This document shows positions 1 through 9,359 of a stretch of 64,000 bases of DNA, one piece after another; position 1 is the first letter of the stretch, and each line of letters opens with the position of its first letter. Both the position numbers and the translations under genes were made by a program. This DNA comes from a virus, in the IMG/VR virus record IMGVR_UViG_3300046786_000331, positions 1 to 64,000 of that record, one strand, 5' to 3'. A model generated the notes under the pieces. The model had not been told where the DNA came from and did no database searches. It saw only the letters and a list, made by a program, of their open reading frames with translations.

Positions 1-2
1 GT

Positions 3-200
3 TCGTTATGGTTCCATCCCTATGGTGGCACCTGGACACTACAAAAAAGTTTCAAGTTTATTTCGGGAACCTTTGATCACAACTTTAGAACACCATTGCG
101 TATAACAGAAAAATCAGACATTGAGATCCGTGCGTTTGCTTTGGTTGAGTCCAGTCGTATTGGCACAGAGTTCCAGATATTAGTTCTACCCAAGGCGTAA
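3..200 (+). CDS. 3' end of hypothetical phage protein (partial, runs off window start)
   Basis: Open frame from position 3 (...PLRITEKSDIEIRAFALVESSRIGTEFQILVLPKA) to TAA at 198-200. Confidence 0.6.
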   Translation, partial: SLWFHPYGGTWTLQKSFKFISGTFDHNFRTPLRITEKSDIEIRAFALVESSRIGTEFQILVLPKA

Positions 201-203
201 GAT

Positions 204-884
204 ATGGCACAGTTTAATAAAGATTCACAAGATTACATTGACGGACGCAGAGTCCTACACGATGTTCAAATGATCAGCAACAAGAATGGCGATATTGTCA
301 CCGCAGATAATCCTTTCCCAGTGACTGGCAATGTAACGGCCACAATCACAGATGTCATTACTGTAGTGGTCAATGAGGACGCTGGTGAGATATTTGGCCT
401 AAACAACCACGCTACCAATGCCAATCGTGGATGGACTATGGACAACACCATGCGTCCAATGATCAGCATTAGACTAAACCCAGCAACAACTACCAGTGCT
501 ACACAGATGAAAATCGTTGAGTACGAGATTGGCAACAACAATGCCAACCAAAGCACTATTATGTATGAGTGGTATGAAGGTGATTTGACCATTGCCGGTG
601 CGGCCATACCTGCTTGGTCATTGGTACACGACACGGCCGCTACACAATATCGTGTCTATCAGGATCAATACTCCAGCAATCAAGGCAACACATTTACTAT
701 TCCTTCAGGCACAGTCATGCGACACAGTGGTATCATCATTGGTAAAAATACCAGCGGCGACGGTGTAGCCAAAGCACTCACAGGTGGTGATACAGGTAAA
801 ATGATGACACTTTGTATGAGGCGTTTAGACAATGCTACCAAACTGGATGTATGGTTTGCCTTTACTTTTAAAGAGATAGTTTAA
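204..884 (+). CDS. hypothetical protein, possibly virion-associated
   Basis: 226-aa ORF, beta-rich T/N/G composition, TAATG-coupled to next gene. Confidence 0.6.
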   Translation: MAQFNKDSQDYIDGRRVLHDVQMISNKNGDIVTADNPFPVTGNVTATITDVITVVVNEDAGEIFGLNNHATNANRGWTMDNTMRPMISIRLNPATTTSATQMKIVEYEIGNNNANQSTIMYEWYEGDLTIAGAAIPAWSLVHDTAATQYRVYQDQYSSNQGNTFTIPSGTVMRHSGIIIGKNTSGDGVAKALTGGDTGKMMTLCMRRLDNATKLDVWFAFTFKEIV

Positions 885-1285
885 TGTACAGAAAATATAT
901 CAATATAGTAGAAGCAGCCAATAAAGGTTGTCCCATTGCCACACATGACTTAGAAGTAAATGTCAAGAACAGACAGACTGCTATAGACAAGCATCACTAC
1001 GGTCCTGCCAATCCCGCCAAGCCAGGCACGTACTGGAAAGAAGCTGCCAAACAGTGGGACATAGATGAAAAGACTGCCAAGACTATGAAGTGTGAGAACT
1101 GTGCGGCATTCAACATTACAGACGCTATGTATGATTGCATACACGACGGAATGGGCAAAGAAGCCTACGAAGCAGAAAAGACTCGTGAAGCCGCAGACTT
1201 GGGCTACTGTACTCTACTGCACTTTAAATGTGCAGGCACACGTTCATGTGAGCTATGGATAACTGGCGGCCCTATAACCAAGTAA
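884..1285 (+). CDS. Cys-rich hypothetical phage protein
   Basis: CENCAAF...GYC...HFKC...SC pattern; coupled start. Confidence 0.6.
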   Translation: MYRKYINIVEAANKGCPIATHDLEVNVKNRQTAIDKHHYGPANPAKPGTYWKEAAKQWDIDEKTAKTMKCENCAAFNITDAMYDCIHDGMGKEAYEAEKTREAADLGYCTLLHFKCAGTRSCELWITGGPITK

Positions 1286-1295
1286 GGAGCGAACC

Positions 1296-1454
1296 TTGGA
1301 AGACAACGACACAACTTATCAAAGATTAAAACCTAAATGTATCTGCTGGTGTACCGGACACTGCGGATCAAGCTGTATGACAGACGATTGCGATTGCAAT
1401 GAATGCCAATGTTCTGATTGTTTAGATAAAAATGTCACACGTGGTTATAACTGA
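1296..1454 (+). CDS. small metallothionein-like Cys-rich protein (52 aa, not in ORF track)
   Basis: AAGGAG SD, TTG start; MEDNDTTYQRLKPKCICWCTGHCGSSCMTDDCDCNECQCSDCLDKNVTRGYN has 10 Cys and 1 His. Confidence 0.65.
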   Translation: MEDNDTTYQRLKPKCICWCTGHCGSSCMTDDCDCNECQCSDCLDKNVTRGYN

Positions 1455-2076
1455 TAGCAAGTTTGAAGAAAACGGATACTGGACAAATCCTGTAGAAAAG
1501 ATAGTATATCTTCCTACCGCAGAAGATGTTGCACTATTTGATCAAAACGGCTACGATCTAACTGATCTAGAAAAACACTATGCCTACAGTAATTGGAGTA
1601 AACCCAAAAAGCATCGAGAGCATAGAGTTGCATTAAAACAGCCTTGGTTTGTACAAGAACTTCCTGTAATAGAAGGTGCTGTATTAAATCATAGCCTACT
1701 ATTTGAACGCAAAGGCTACGCAGGTGCTGCCCTAGAAGAATTACAACATTGGGCCAGAGAGTTACCATTAATACACAAAATTATTGCTATTCGCCCTAAA
1801 TGGGGATTAGATTTCAGTATGGATTGGGTAGATAGACAGGGCAATGCGTTTGAGCTCCTACACTGGGAATTTGATAGCTTTAATTACGAAGAAATATGTG
1901 CAGTTAAATCGTCCGTAGAACCTGTTTTATTATCCATAGACTGGAATGACGCAGCCAAGAATTTGATTAAATACAAAGATAATTGGCACCATTTAGATTT
2001 CTTTGCTCAGAGCGATTGGAAATGTGAGTACTTTGGAATCAGCAAAGAAAGATTTAAAATGGTCATCTGGAATTAA
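1432..2076 (+). CDS. hypothetical protein
   Basis: 214-aa ORF in operon context. Confidence 0.6.
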   Translation: MSHVVITDSKFEENGYWTNPVEKIVYLPTAEDVALFDQNGYDLTDLEKHYAYSNWSKPKKHREHRVALKQPWFVQELPVIEGAVLNHSLLFERKGYAGAALEELQHWARELPLIHKIIAIRPKWGLDFSMDWVDRQGNAFELLHWEFDSFNYEEICAVKSSVEPVLLSIDWNDAAKNLIKYKDNWHHLDFFAQSDWKCEYFGISKERFKMVIWN

Positions 2077-2077
2077 A

Positions 2078-2851
2078 ATGAAAAAACTACTAGTAACACT
2101 CTTGCTAACGCCTTTCTTGGCATTAGCAAATCCTATCGACGATCAATGTCCTCAATTTGCTCTGCGTGGCGCTCCTGTAAGTAAATTACAGCCGGGTACT
2201 ACGCAGTATCTTTGTAAACAAAACTACGCAATCCATTATAGATACGATACCAAAACAGCAGAATACGTACTCGAACACATTACCCTTGCTAGTATCACCG
2301 GACCAGCAAAGCGTAAAGACGACTTTAGACCTGATCCCGCTATTCCGAAGCAATATCAGTCCCAACTGGCAGATTACGCTGGGTACCCATTTGACCGTGG
2401 ACACCTTGCTCCGGGCGCAGATAATACTCAAACAGATGCAATAATGAGTGAAAGCTTCTTCCTAAGCAATATGGTACCGCAAGTGCCTAATCACAATCGC
2501 GGCATTTGGAAACAACTAGAAACCGCAGTTCGTAACTGGGTATTGGAAGGCAAAGATATTTACGTTGTTAGCGGTACAATTTATAATCCGGGCTATCAAA
2601 CAATTGGTGCTGGTAGAGTAGGTATTCCAACACATATGTGGAAAGTCATTGTTGATCGTAAATCAGCAAAGGCTATTGCATTCTTATTCCCTAATGCTCC
2701 GTTACCAGTAGCTGACTTACCTAAGTACGCAGTTAATGTAGCAACTATTGAACAGTACACAGGAATTAACTTTCATCCACAGTTACCCGCACAATTGCAA
2801 CACATCGAAACAGATCCAGTAGACTTATCGTTGTGGAGCAGTTTAAGATAA
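2078..2851 (+). CDS. secreted DNA/RNA non-specific endonuclease (NucA/EndoG family)
   Basis: Signal peptide MKKLLVTLLLTPFLALA; DRGHLAP, ESFFLSNMVPQ and NRGIW motifs; ATG 2078 preferred over track start 2003. Confidence 0.9.
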   Translation: MKKLLVTLLLTPFLALANPIDDQCPQFALRGAPVSKLQPGTTQYLCKQNYAIHYRYDTKTAEYVLEHITLASITGPAKRKDDFRPDPAIPKQYQSQLADYAGYPFDRGHLAPGADNTQTDAIMSESFFLSNMVPQVPNHNRGIWKQLETAVRNWVLEGKDIYVVSGTIYNPGYQTIGAGRVGIPTHMWKVIVDRKSAKAIAFLFPNAPLPVADLPKYAVNVATIEQYTGINFHPQLPAQLQHIETDPVDLSLWSSLR

Positions 2852-2859
2852 ATATCACT

Positions 2860-3735
2860 ATGACGTCGAACAACTATCAATTATTCGCCCTTCTATGTGA
2901 AAGTCTTACAGAGGCTAGTTCCTCTATGAACTTGATTAAAGGCATGGCAGGCGGCAGCGCAGTGATACAAAAGCTGCATAAAGATATGGGACTATCCCAT
3001 GATCAGGAATATCAACCCATTGATAAAATCTCCTGGAATGAACTTAAAGATACCTACAAAGGTAAGTGGGTCATTCTAAGAGGAACAACTGGCGTCGGTG
3101 CAATTAAATCAATAAGCGGCGGCTACAGAGCAGTTGCTAGTAACGGCGGCGAAGTGCAAACATTCAGCAACGATAGAGGCGGTAACATCTTAGATTTCTT
3201 AAAAGGAATCATTGGTAAGACTACTCAGATGTTTACAGGTTCAGATGCGGGTAGTGTTAAGGATCTTCAGAAAAAACGATATGATCAAAACAAAGGTGCT
3301 ACTGGTACACCTGCGGTTACACAAGATACTCTGCTAAAGAAATTTAAACCACTATGGCTTAAATCTATTCGTGCTGCCCAAGCAGACGTCAAGGGTATGG
3401 TAGCAAACATGATTAAAAACGATGCGTTTGAAAAGGCCAAAGTTAAACTTAATCTGTTAGCTAAATTAGATGATGCTGCTGATATGTTAGAAAGCGGATC
3501 GACTGATACACCTAGCTCGTTAAATTCTGCTATCAGTTCAGCAGTAACTCTAGCAGCCGGACATTATTATCCAGAAGAGACAGGACAAATCACTAGAGGT
3601 AGATACGGCGATAGTGGTCTTAGTGCAGAAAGACAACAAGGCGTTCGACAACTATTACAAGACATTGCTAATGGCGATCAAAAGAAACTAGGAACAGTGT
3701 TGGGATTCTTTAAAAGGACACTGATAACAGGATGA
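2860..3735 (+). CDS. hypothetical protein (late)
   Basis: ATG a few nt after ATAAATA motif; long ORF. Confidence 0.6.
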   Translation: MTSNNYQLFALLCESLTEASSSMNLIKGMAGGSAVIQKLHKDMGLSHDQEYQPIDKISWNELKDTYKGKWVILRGTTGVGAIKSISGGYRAVASNGGEVQTFSNDRGGNILDFLKGIIGKTTQMFTGSDAGSVKDLQKKRYDQNKGATGTPAVTQDTLLKKFKPLWLKSIRAAQADVKGMVANMIKNDAFEKAKVKLNLLAKLDDAADMLESGSTDTPSSLNSAISSAVTLAAGHYYPEETGQITRGRYGDSGLSAERQQGVRQLLQDIANGDQKKLGTVLGFFKRTLITG

Positions 3736-4943
3736 AAATCAAGCATTTACTCACAGAGTCAATTGTCACAGAAGCTAACGTGGCAGCAAAGATTGGCAAA
3801 GATCCTAAGATGGCTAAAATGTTAGCTATCGCATTCCGTCACGATAATACATTACCTAAATCTACAATCGCTAAACTAGGTCCTAAGCCTTCTGACACAG
3901 AAGTTATTAACACCTGGAGTGAGTTGTTAGACAATACATTACGTGGTAATAACTACGGCGACTTGTCAGCAGATGGTAAGTTTGACGAATGGCTAACACG
4001 CCTATACATTAACGGTGTTGCAGACTATGAAGACATCAACGGAGAAGGCGGTGATGCACTAGGTGCTTGGAAGGCGTTGAGCACTCGTGGTAAACTTCGT
4101 GCAGAGGATCAAGACTTTAACAAGTTTAAGAGCATTAAACAACTGCAACGTATTCGCAACGACCCACAGTACCGTAACGAACTAGCACGTATCAAAGATC
4201 AAGAACACATCAACAAAATGAAGCGTGAAGCTAAAGAAGTTGTTATTCTTGACAACGACCGTTTCCGCGCAATTGTTCCGTTGAACTACGGTTCATGTTA
4301 TTCTACAGACAAGGGTGGTGGTTACATTCCTAACTTCTGTACAGGCTCGAGCAGCGGAGCACAATGGTTTGGTCGTTATGCACCAGATGGTATGATTGTT
4401 AACGTTGTTGATAAATCAAACATCGACGATGTAAACGGTAAGTGGCAGTTTCACGCAGCAACTAACCAAATAGTTCGTGGTGATCAAGAACGCAGACATG
4501 ATGTTCCTTATAATGATGGCAGATTTGCTGAATTGTTCCCGGGACTGATGAAAGACATTATTGCTGGTATTCAATCACACGCTGAAGAAATTAAGAGTGC
4601 TTCTACTGAATTAGTACCTGGTGGTTACGACATCGGTAAAGAGATTGAATTGATTAAATCTAAGTATCCTAAGTCTGTTGCATCAGGTGAACAACCAGAA
4701 GAGCCGCCAGAAGAAGAACCACAAAACGAGCCAGAAGCAGAGCCAGAGCAGCAAGATGAGCCTGCTGATGATAATCCAGATAATCAGCCAGGTACTTGGT
4801 TAGTTACACAGTTATCTTCAGGTACCACTGCACGTATTCGTGGCGACAGTTTAAATCATGTACAGCAACGTGTAATTCAACGTTATCCAGCTAGTTCTAT
4901 TGAAGACTATACTTGGGAACGCACAGAAGGTGAAGGGCAATAA
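3732..4943 (+). CDS. hypothetical protein with acidic E/P linker, possible internal head protein
   Basis: 403 aa; N-terminus MKIKHLLTES resembles a capsid-targeting motif. Confidence 0.55.
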   Translation: MKIKHLLTESIVTEANVAAKIGKDPKMAKMLAIAFRHDNTLPKSTIAKLGPKPSDTEVINTWSELLDNTLRGNNYGDLSADGKFDEWLTRLYINGVADYEDINGEGGDALGAWKALSTRGKLRAEDQDFNKFKSIKQLQRIRNDPQYRNELARIKDQEHINKMKREAKEVVILDNDRFRAIVPLNYGSCYSTDKGGGYIPNFCTGSSSGAQWFGRYAPDGMIVNVVDKSNIDDVNGKWQFHAATNQIVRGDQERRHDVPYNDGRFAELFPGLMKDIIAGIQSHAEEIKSASTELVPGGYDIGKEIELIKSKYPKSVASGEQPEEPPEEEPQNEPEAEPEQQDEPADDNPDNQPGTWLVTQLSSGTTARIRGDSLNHVQQRVIQRYPASSIEDYTWERTEGEGQ

Positions 4944-5107
4944 TGGAAGGCTACGTTAGTTTCTGGAAAAGGAAACCAGTAACTGAAACTAAAACTGTGT
5001 TTACAGAAATGCAGATAGCATTAATGGAAGGTGGACACAGTTTCGAAGAAAAGAAAGTTGATAAGTTTCCTTTTCTTAAAGAGTTAAAACAGATCACACT
5101 ACCTTAG
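4943..5107 (+). CDS. small hypothetical protein (54 aa)
   Basis: TAATG-coupled start; MEGYVSFWKRKP...QITLP. Confidence 0.45.
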   Translation: MEGYVSFWKRKPVTETKTVFTEMQIALMEGGHSFEEKKVDKFPFLKELKQITLP

Positions 5108-5190
5108 GAACGCTTTGCGTTACAAGTGTGGCCCGGCTGCTGGGCAGGTTGTTATGGGAGTCGTGCCCCGGAATGGCGACCTAAGTGAGC
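5095..5190 (+). ncRNA. unidentified structured RNA
   Basis: GC-rich island with helices CACACT/AGTGTG, GCCC/GGGC and AGGTTGTTAT/ATGGCGACCT, just before a terminator. Confidence 0.5.
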
Positions 5191-5198
5191 ACCAATAC

Positions 5199-5223
5199 AA
5201 AAAGCCCCTTTCGGGGCTTTTTT
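5199..5223. terminator. bidirectional intrinsic terminator
   Basis: AAAAAGCCCC-TTTC-GGGGCTTTTT between convergent units. Confidence 0.85.
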
Positions 5224-5908
5224 ATTTGTTAAACAAATACTTCTTATGTAGATGTAATCTTGCCTTGTTGTATTGAACAGCAGTGATAACCAACGCTACT
5301 GCCCATGGTACTATCTTAATCATTGTGGCACTTAAAGTTGCCCACCAATCAGCCATTAATGGTTCTTTGATCATCATTTGTATAGATACAAGAAACAATA
5401 CAAAGCTACCTACAAACACAGCATCTGGATACTTTTCTAAAATCTTAGATACTAGACCAGCACCGAATAATATAATAGGCACACTGACTAAAAGTCCAAA
5501 GATAATAAATGCCCAATTACCACCGGCAGCAGCAGCAATACCTAAAGCATTGTCGATGCCCATAACAGCATCAGCAACTACAATGGTAGAGATTGCTCCC
5601 CAAAATGTTGTTGCTTCTTTTACGTCATGTTCGCCTTGATCAAAGACTAATTTCCAACCAATCCATATTAATGCTAATGCTCCAATTAGACGAAGTCCCG
5701 GAATCATTAGCAGATAAGTTAGTGCGGCTACAGAAACAAAACGTATACCTATGGCTCCTACTGTTCCCCATAAGATCGCTTTCTTTCTAAGATCGGGAGG
5801 CAGTTTGTTTGCAGCCATACCGATAACAAGAGCGTTATCGCCAGCTAATACAATATCGATTAATATAATGGCCAGAATGGCCCATGCAGATGCGAGAAAT
5901 AACTCCAT
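5222..5908 (-). CDS. TerC/YjbE-family membrane protein (putative Mn2+ exporter)
   Basis: IDIVLAGDNALVI and ADAVMGIDN motifs, multiple TM helices. Confidence 0.9.
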   Translation of the reverse strand: MELFLASAWAILAIILIDIVLAGDNALVIGMAANKLPPDLRKKAILWGTVGAIGIRFVSVAALTYLLMIPGLRLIGALALIWIGWKLVFDQGEHDVKEATTFWGAISTIVVADAVMGIDNALGIAAAAGGNWAFIIFGLLVSVPIILFGAGLVSKILEKYPDAVFVGSFVLFLVSIQMMIKEPLMADWWATLSATMIKIVPWAVALVITAVQYNKARLHLHKKYLFNK

Positions 5909-5924
5909 GAGAGTCTCCTTAAGA

Positions 5925-6032
5925 AATTGGTCTTGCCAAGGACCTATTCCCCTTATACACCGGATATCGTTCGCTCAATACCGTATTGACGATGTATAAG
6001 ACCTACAGTGTAGGCAGGCTACTCCCCATATA
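5925..6032 (-). promoter_or_regulatory. yybP-ykoY (Mn2+-sensing) riboswitch
   Basis: Minus strand reads UGGGGAGUAGCC...CAUCGUCAAUAC...GGCAAGACC immediately upstream of the TerC SD (AAGGAG). Confidence 0.85.
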
Positions 6033-6034
6033 GA

Positions 6035-6625
6035 TTATTTATTTTCTGTTACTAAATCGTAAATCTCTTTCCAATTTTTAGCAATATTGTAATTGCAGGT
6101 ATGATCCATGTTATGTCCGTGTTCTACTAGAATGGAATTTAAACCTAGATTATGTCCGCAATCAGCATTAGCAGGCTTGTCTTCAATCCACCACATGCCA
6201 CTGTTTGCATAAGGAGCAAGTGCTTCGTCTTTGTCTGCACCAGTTTCTAAGCAAATAACTTCTTCGATAGCATTACCAAACAGTTTGCGTAGATTCATTT
6301 CTCGAAGTTTTGCAGCATTTTGATCTGTACTTAGGCTAGTAATAACACGGAATCGGTATCCGTATTCTTCGTGAATACGTTTAACCCAATATACACTATC
6401 ACGCAATGCAGGGAGGAATCCAATAGCTGCCGATTCGTTAAAAAACTTAACTAGCTTCTTAATCTCTGCTTGAGTCATGTCCTGATAATGGTGATGCAAG
6501 TAATAGTTCTTCTTGCCCTCATTTTTGAATTGATAACCACGCTCAGTCATCCAAACTTGGAATGCCCATTCCCAGTCGAGTAATACGCCATCGGCGTCAG
6601 TAAGGATAAGTTTATTGTATTTCAT
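6035..6625 (-). CDS. HAD-superfamily phosphatase / 5'-nucleotidase-like
   Basis: N-terminal DADGVL motif and C-terminal IEDK motif. Confidence 0.8.
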   Translation of the reverse strand: MKYNKLILTDADGVLLDWEWAFQVWMTERGYQFKNEGKKNYYLHHHYQDMTQAEIKKLVKFFNESAAIGFLPALRDSVYWVKRIHEEYGYRFRVITSLSTDQNAAKLREMNLRKLFGNAIEEVICLETGADKDEALAPYANSGMWWIEDKPANADCGHNLGLNSILVEHGHNMDHTCNYNIAKNWKEIYDLVTENK

Positions 6626-6631
6626 ACAGTC

Positions 6632-6660
6632 ATTATAGCACTGTTTTGAACGGATGTCAA
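6632..6660 (-). promoter_or_regulatory. sigma70-type promoter, probably giving a leaderless mRNA
   Basis: Minus strand TTGACA-N17-TATAAT, with ATG 6 nt after the -10 box. Confidence 0.75.
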
Positions 6661-6675
6661 ACAGTTAAATAACAT

Positions 6676-7377
6676 ATGGAAACAATAATCGCAACGTTGG
6701 TAATGACGCACATTACCATAGTCTGTGTTACTTTATATCTACATAGAGGACAGACACACAAGGGCATCGAGTTTCATCCAATTTTAAGTCATTTTATGAG
6801 ATTTTGGTTATGGATGACAACTGGACAAGTTACCAAGCAATGGGTCGCTATTCATCGCAAACATCACAAAGACACTGATGTAGAAGGAGATCCACATAGC
6901 CCTGTAATATACGGAATACGCAAAGTTCTATTCGGTGGAGCATTTTTATATCACGAAGCCAGCAAAGATAAAAAGATGGTTGAAACATACGGAGTAGGAA
7001 CTCCAGATGATTGGATAGAACGCAAACTTTATACCCCACACAGCCGCATTGGGATTCTGCTGATGCTGGTCATAGACCTTGTTCTTTTTGGCCCCGTGGG
7101 CTTAGTAGTGTGGGGTATTCAAATGCTATGGATTCCGTTCTGGGCAGCAGGGGTAGTTAACGGAATAGGACACTGGTTCGGATATCGCAATGGCACGACC
7201 AAAGACAATAGTCGTAATATTAGTCCTCTTGGTATTATTATCGGCGGTGAAGAACTTCACAATAATCATCACCTAGACCCAGCTAACCCTAGACTTAGCA
7301 AACGTTGGTTTGAATTTGACATCGGTTGGCTATGGCTAAGCCTATTCCGAATGTTAAAACTAGCAAAACTTAGATAA
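6676..7377 (+). CDS. fatty acid (delta-9 type) desaturase
   Basis: His boxes HRGQTH, HRKHH, HNNHH; GDPHSP motif. Confidence 0.92.
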   Translation: METIIATLVMTHITIVCVTLYLHRGQTHKGIEFHPILSHFMRFWLWMTTGQVTKQWVAIHRKHHKDTDVEGDPHSPVIYGIRKVLFGGAFLYHEASKDKKMVETYGVGTPDDWIERKLYTPHSRIGILLMLVIDLVLFGPVGLVVWGIQMLWIPFWAAGVVNGIGHWFGYRNGTTKDNSRNISPLGIIIGGEELHNNHHLDPANPRLSKRWFEFDIGWLWLSLFRMLKLAKLR

Positions 7378-7379
7378 CG

Positions 7380-7403
7380 AAAAAGGACCCGAAGGTCCTT
7401 TTT
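7380..7403. terminator. bidirectional intrinsic terminator
   Basis: AAAAAGGACC-CGAA-GGTCCTTTTT. Confidence 0.85.
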
Positions 7404-7455
7404 CTATAATATAATATATTCCGCTATGCGGAGATAACTTTATTCTATAATATAT

Positions 7456-7722
7456 TTATTTCTTTGCGCCAGCGTTGACAAATGCGTACATCTTCTCTGC
7501 TGCTTCAAGAACTTTATCAACACCTGGGAATTCTGGCATACCAACTGTAGTTACTAGTTGACCAGTTTTCTCATCGCGTTGGGCACTGAATTGCCAACCA
7601 TTAAATTTATAGTTGTATTCAGCTTGAACTTGCTCTTGTGCCATAGCCAAGATGTCTGCACGGATTTCATAACCGTTTTTGTTGAATTTAACTTCTGGGG
7701 CTTTCATAATTTCTTGTGTCAT
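7456..7722 (-). CDS. hypothetical protein
   Basis: 88-aa ORF with SD. Confidence 0.65.
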   Translation of the reverse strand: MTQEIMKAPEVKFNKNGYEIRADILAMAQEQVQAEYNYKFNGWQFSAQRDEKTGQLVTTVGMPEFPGVDKVLEAAEKMYAFVNAGAKK

Positions 7723-7745
7723 AATATAATTTCCTGTGTGTGTGA

Positions 7746-7970
7746 TTACTTAGTGTAAGCTGGAACAAATGACTTGAATGTGTCAGTTGCTTGCTTAGTG
7801 AATGCTTGAGCAATAGCTAAACTTGCTTCAACAGAAGTCTTAGCAGCGGCTGCTTGAGCGTCGATAAGTTTGTTTAGTTCAGCTTTGAATTTAGCGTCTT
7901 GCACGAATGTGTTGACGATTTGCTTTTTACCGTTCTGAATAGAATCGATGATTTGATTGTGTGTAAACAT
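7746..7970 (-). CDS. small amphipathic helical protein, phasin-like
   Basis: Ala/Gln/Lys-rich helical 74 aa; SD AAAGGA. Confidence 0.45.
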   Translation of the reverse strand: MFTHNQIIDSIQNGKKQIVNTFVQDAKFKAELNKLIDAQAAAAKTSVEASLAIAQAFTKQATDTFKSFVPAYTK

Positions 7971-8037
7971 AATTTTTCCTTTGTGTGTGTATGTTTAATC
8001 AGGTACTTACTGTTCCCTGATGTATTATTATATATCT

Positions 8038-8613
8038 CTACTTTATAAATTGCAAGGGTAAAGTGATTGTTTTGACAAATTTCCTCTGCAATTTGCCCAC
8101 ATGATCTAATCTTGCTAGGTTGCTTTCAACAACTTCATGAACAACACTAGATGCTGTAGGCTCCGGAATCTTAATGTCTGCTAGTGTTTCACCACCATCG
8201 TTAATTAGAATTCCGTGTTTACTGGCTAGCTTCTTAATAGCGGCGTTGGTGCTTAGACATACCATACAACCGCCTTTGATACTACGGTTCTGACACCATT
8301 CAACACAGCGACTCATTAGGCTACTGCCCATGCCTTTTTTGCGATGTTCTTTCAAAACACTAAAGGCAAGTTCTGTTTCGCCACCAGCAAGACTTATATG
8401 CCCTGCGGCTACTACATTAAGATCCTCGTCTTCAATAACAAAGATTTTGTGTTCTTTAGTATTTGTTTCAAACGTGTTGCAGAGCTGTTCGATAATCTCG
8501 TCCTTGGCATGAAAGCCGAATCGAGTATATCTACTTTCTTCATCTAAAGCCAACAGATGTTTACGATATCTACTGTATTCGTGGGGCTGTAGTCTATAGA
8601 CAAAGTGTGACAT
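8038..8613 (-). CDS. GNAT-family N-acetyltransferase
   Basis: ELAFSVLKEHRKKGMGSSLM acetyl-CoA motif; SRYTRFG N-terminal motif. Confidence 0.85.
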   Translation of the reverse strand: MSHFVYRLQPHEYSRYRKHLLALDEESRYTRFGFHAKDEIIEQLCNTFETNTKEHKIFVIEDEDLNVVAAGHISLAGGETELAFSVLKEHRKKGMGSSLMSRCVEWCQNRSIKGGCMVCLSTNAAIKKLASKHGILINDGGETLADIKIPEPTASSVVHEVVESNLARLDHVGKLQRKFVKTITLPLQFIK

Positions 8614-8614
8614 A

Positions 8615-8737
8615 TTATTTGTTGATCATTAGATCTCTAGCTGCGGCAAATTGTCCAGATCTAGCCAATGCGCTAGCGGCTCTAGCTTGTCCGATTGATA
8701 ACATTAATTCATAAATTACATTTAATACAGTTTTCAT
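8615..8737 (-). CDS. small hypothetical protein (40 aa)
   Basis: MKTVLNVIYELMLSIGQARAASALARSGQFAAARDLMINK; overlaps upstream stop (ATGA). Confidence 0.5.
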   Translation of the reverse strand: MKTVLNVIYELMLSIGQARAASALARSGQFAAARDLMINK

Positions 8738-8916
8738 AGTGACCATCCTTTATTTGATTGATTGCGATCGAACTGGCGAGTCCAGTGATCAATTTCTGCT
8801 GCTGAAGTAGGATTCTTGCTGACTATGTACTGCTCTAGTTCAGAACCGTAAGTTTGCGGTTTTTTAAAATCGGAAAACATCTTTTGGATGTAACCAATCA
8901 TTGGTGTTAATAACAT
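8734..8916 (-). CDS. small protein, DUF3563-like
   Basis: ELEQYIVSKNPTSAAEIDHWTRQFDR; likely ATG 8916 after GAGGA SD. Confidence 0.55.
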   Translation of the reverse strand: MLLTPMIGYIQKMFSDFKKPQTYGSELEQYIVSKNPTSAAEIDHWTRQFDRNQSNKGWSL

Positions 8917-9077
8917 ATTTTTTTCCTCTATGTATGTGTGTAGATACTCATGGTTTCTACTGATGTATTTAGTAGTGTATGCTGCGATCGCACATAAATC
9001 AAGTCCTTGTATTGCCAACTGGTTTCATGTACAATAAGTATTAAATTGAGTTAAATACACTATAATTTGGACCAACG

Positions 9078-9359
9078 ATGAAATTACGTACAAGATCGAT
9101 CCTACAAGAATTAAACGAAATTGCAGAAGTACGCAATACAGACGCATTAATCGAAAGTAGAGCCACCAACATCATTAATTCTGCAATTAATCTACTTGAG
9201 AGCATCCATAAAAATTATGATGCAGAGCAAGCAGACGAGCTAGAGCGCAGACTTATTAATGCAATCAAAGGGCAAGACCCGTCCAAATTCACTCGCGGAG
9301 TTCGCAAGATTGCCGAATCACGCAAAGCTAAAAAGAAATTAGACGAGTCAAAAGAATGA
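9078..9359 (+). CDS. hypothetical protein
   Basis: 93-aa ORF after TTAAATA. Confidence 0.65.
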   Translation: MKLRTRSILQELNEIAEVRNTDALIESRATNIINSAINLLESIHKNYDAEQADELERRLINAIKGQDPSKFTRGVRKIAESRKAKKKLDESKE

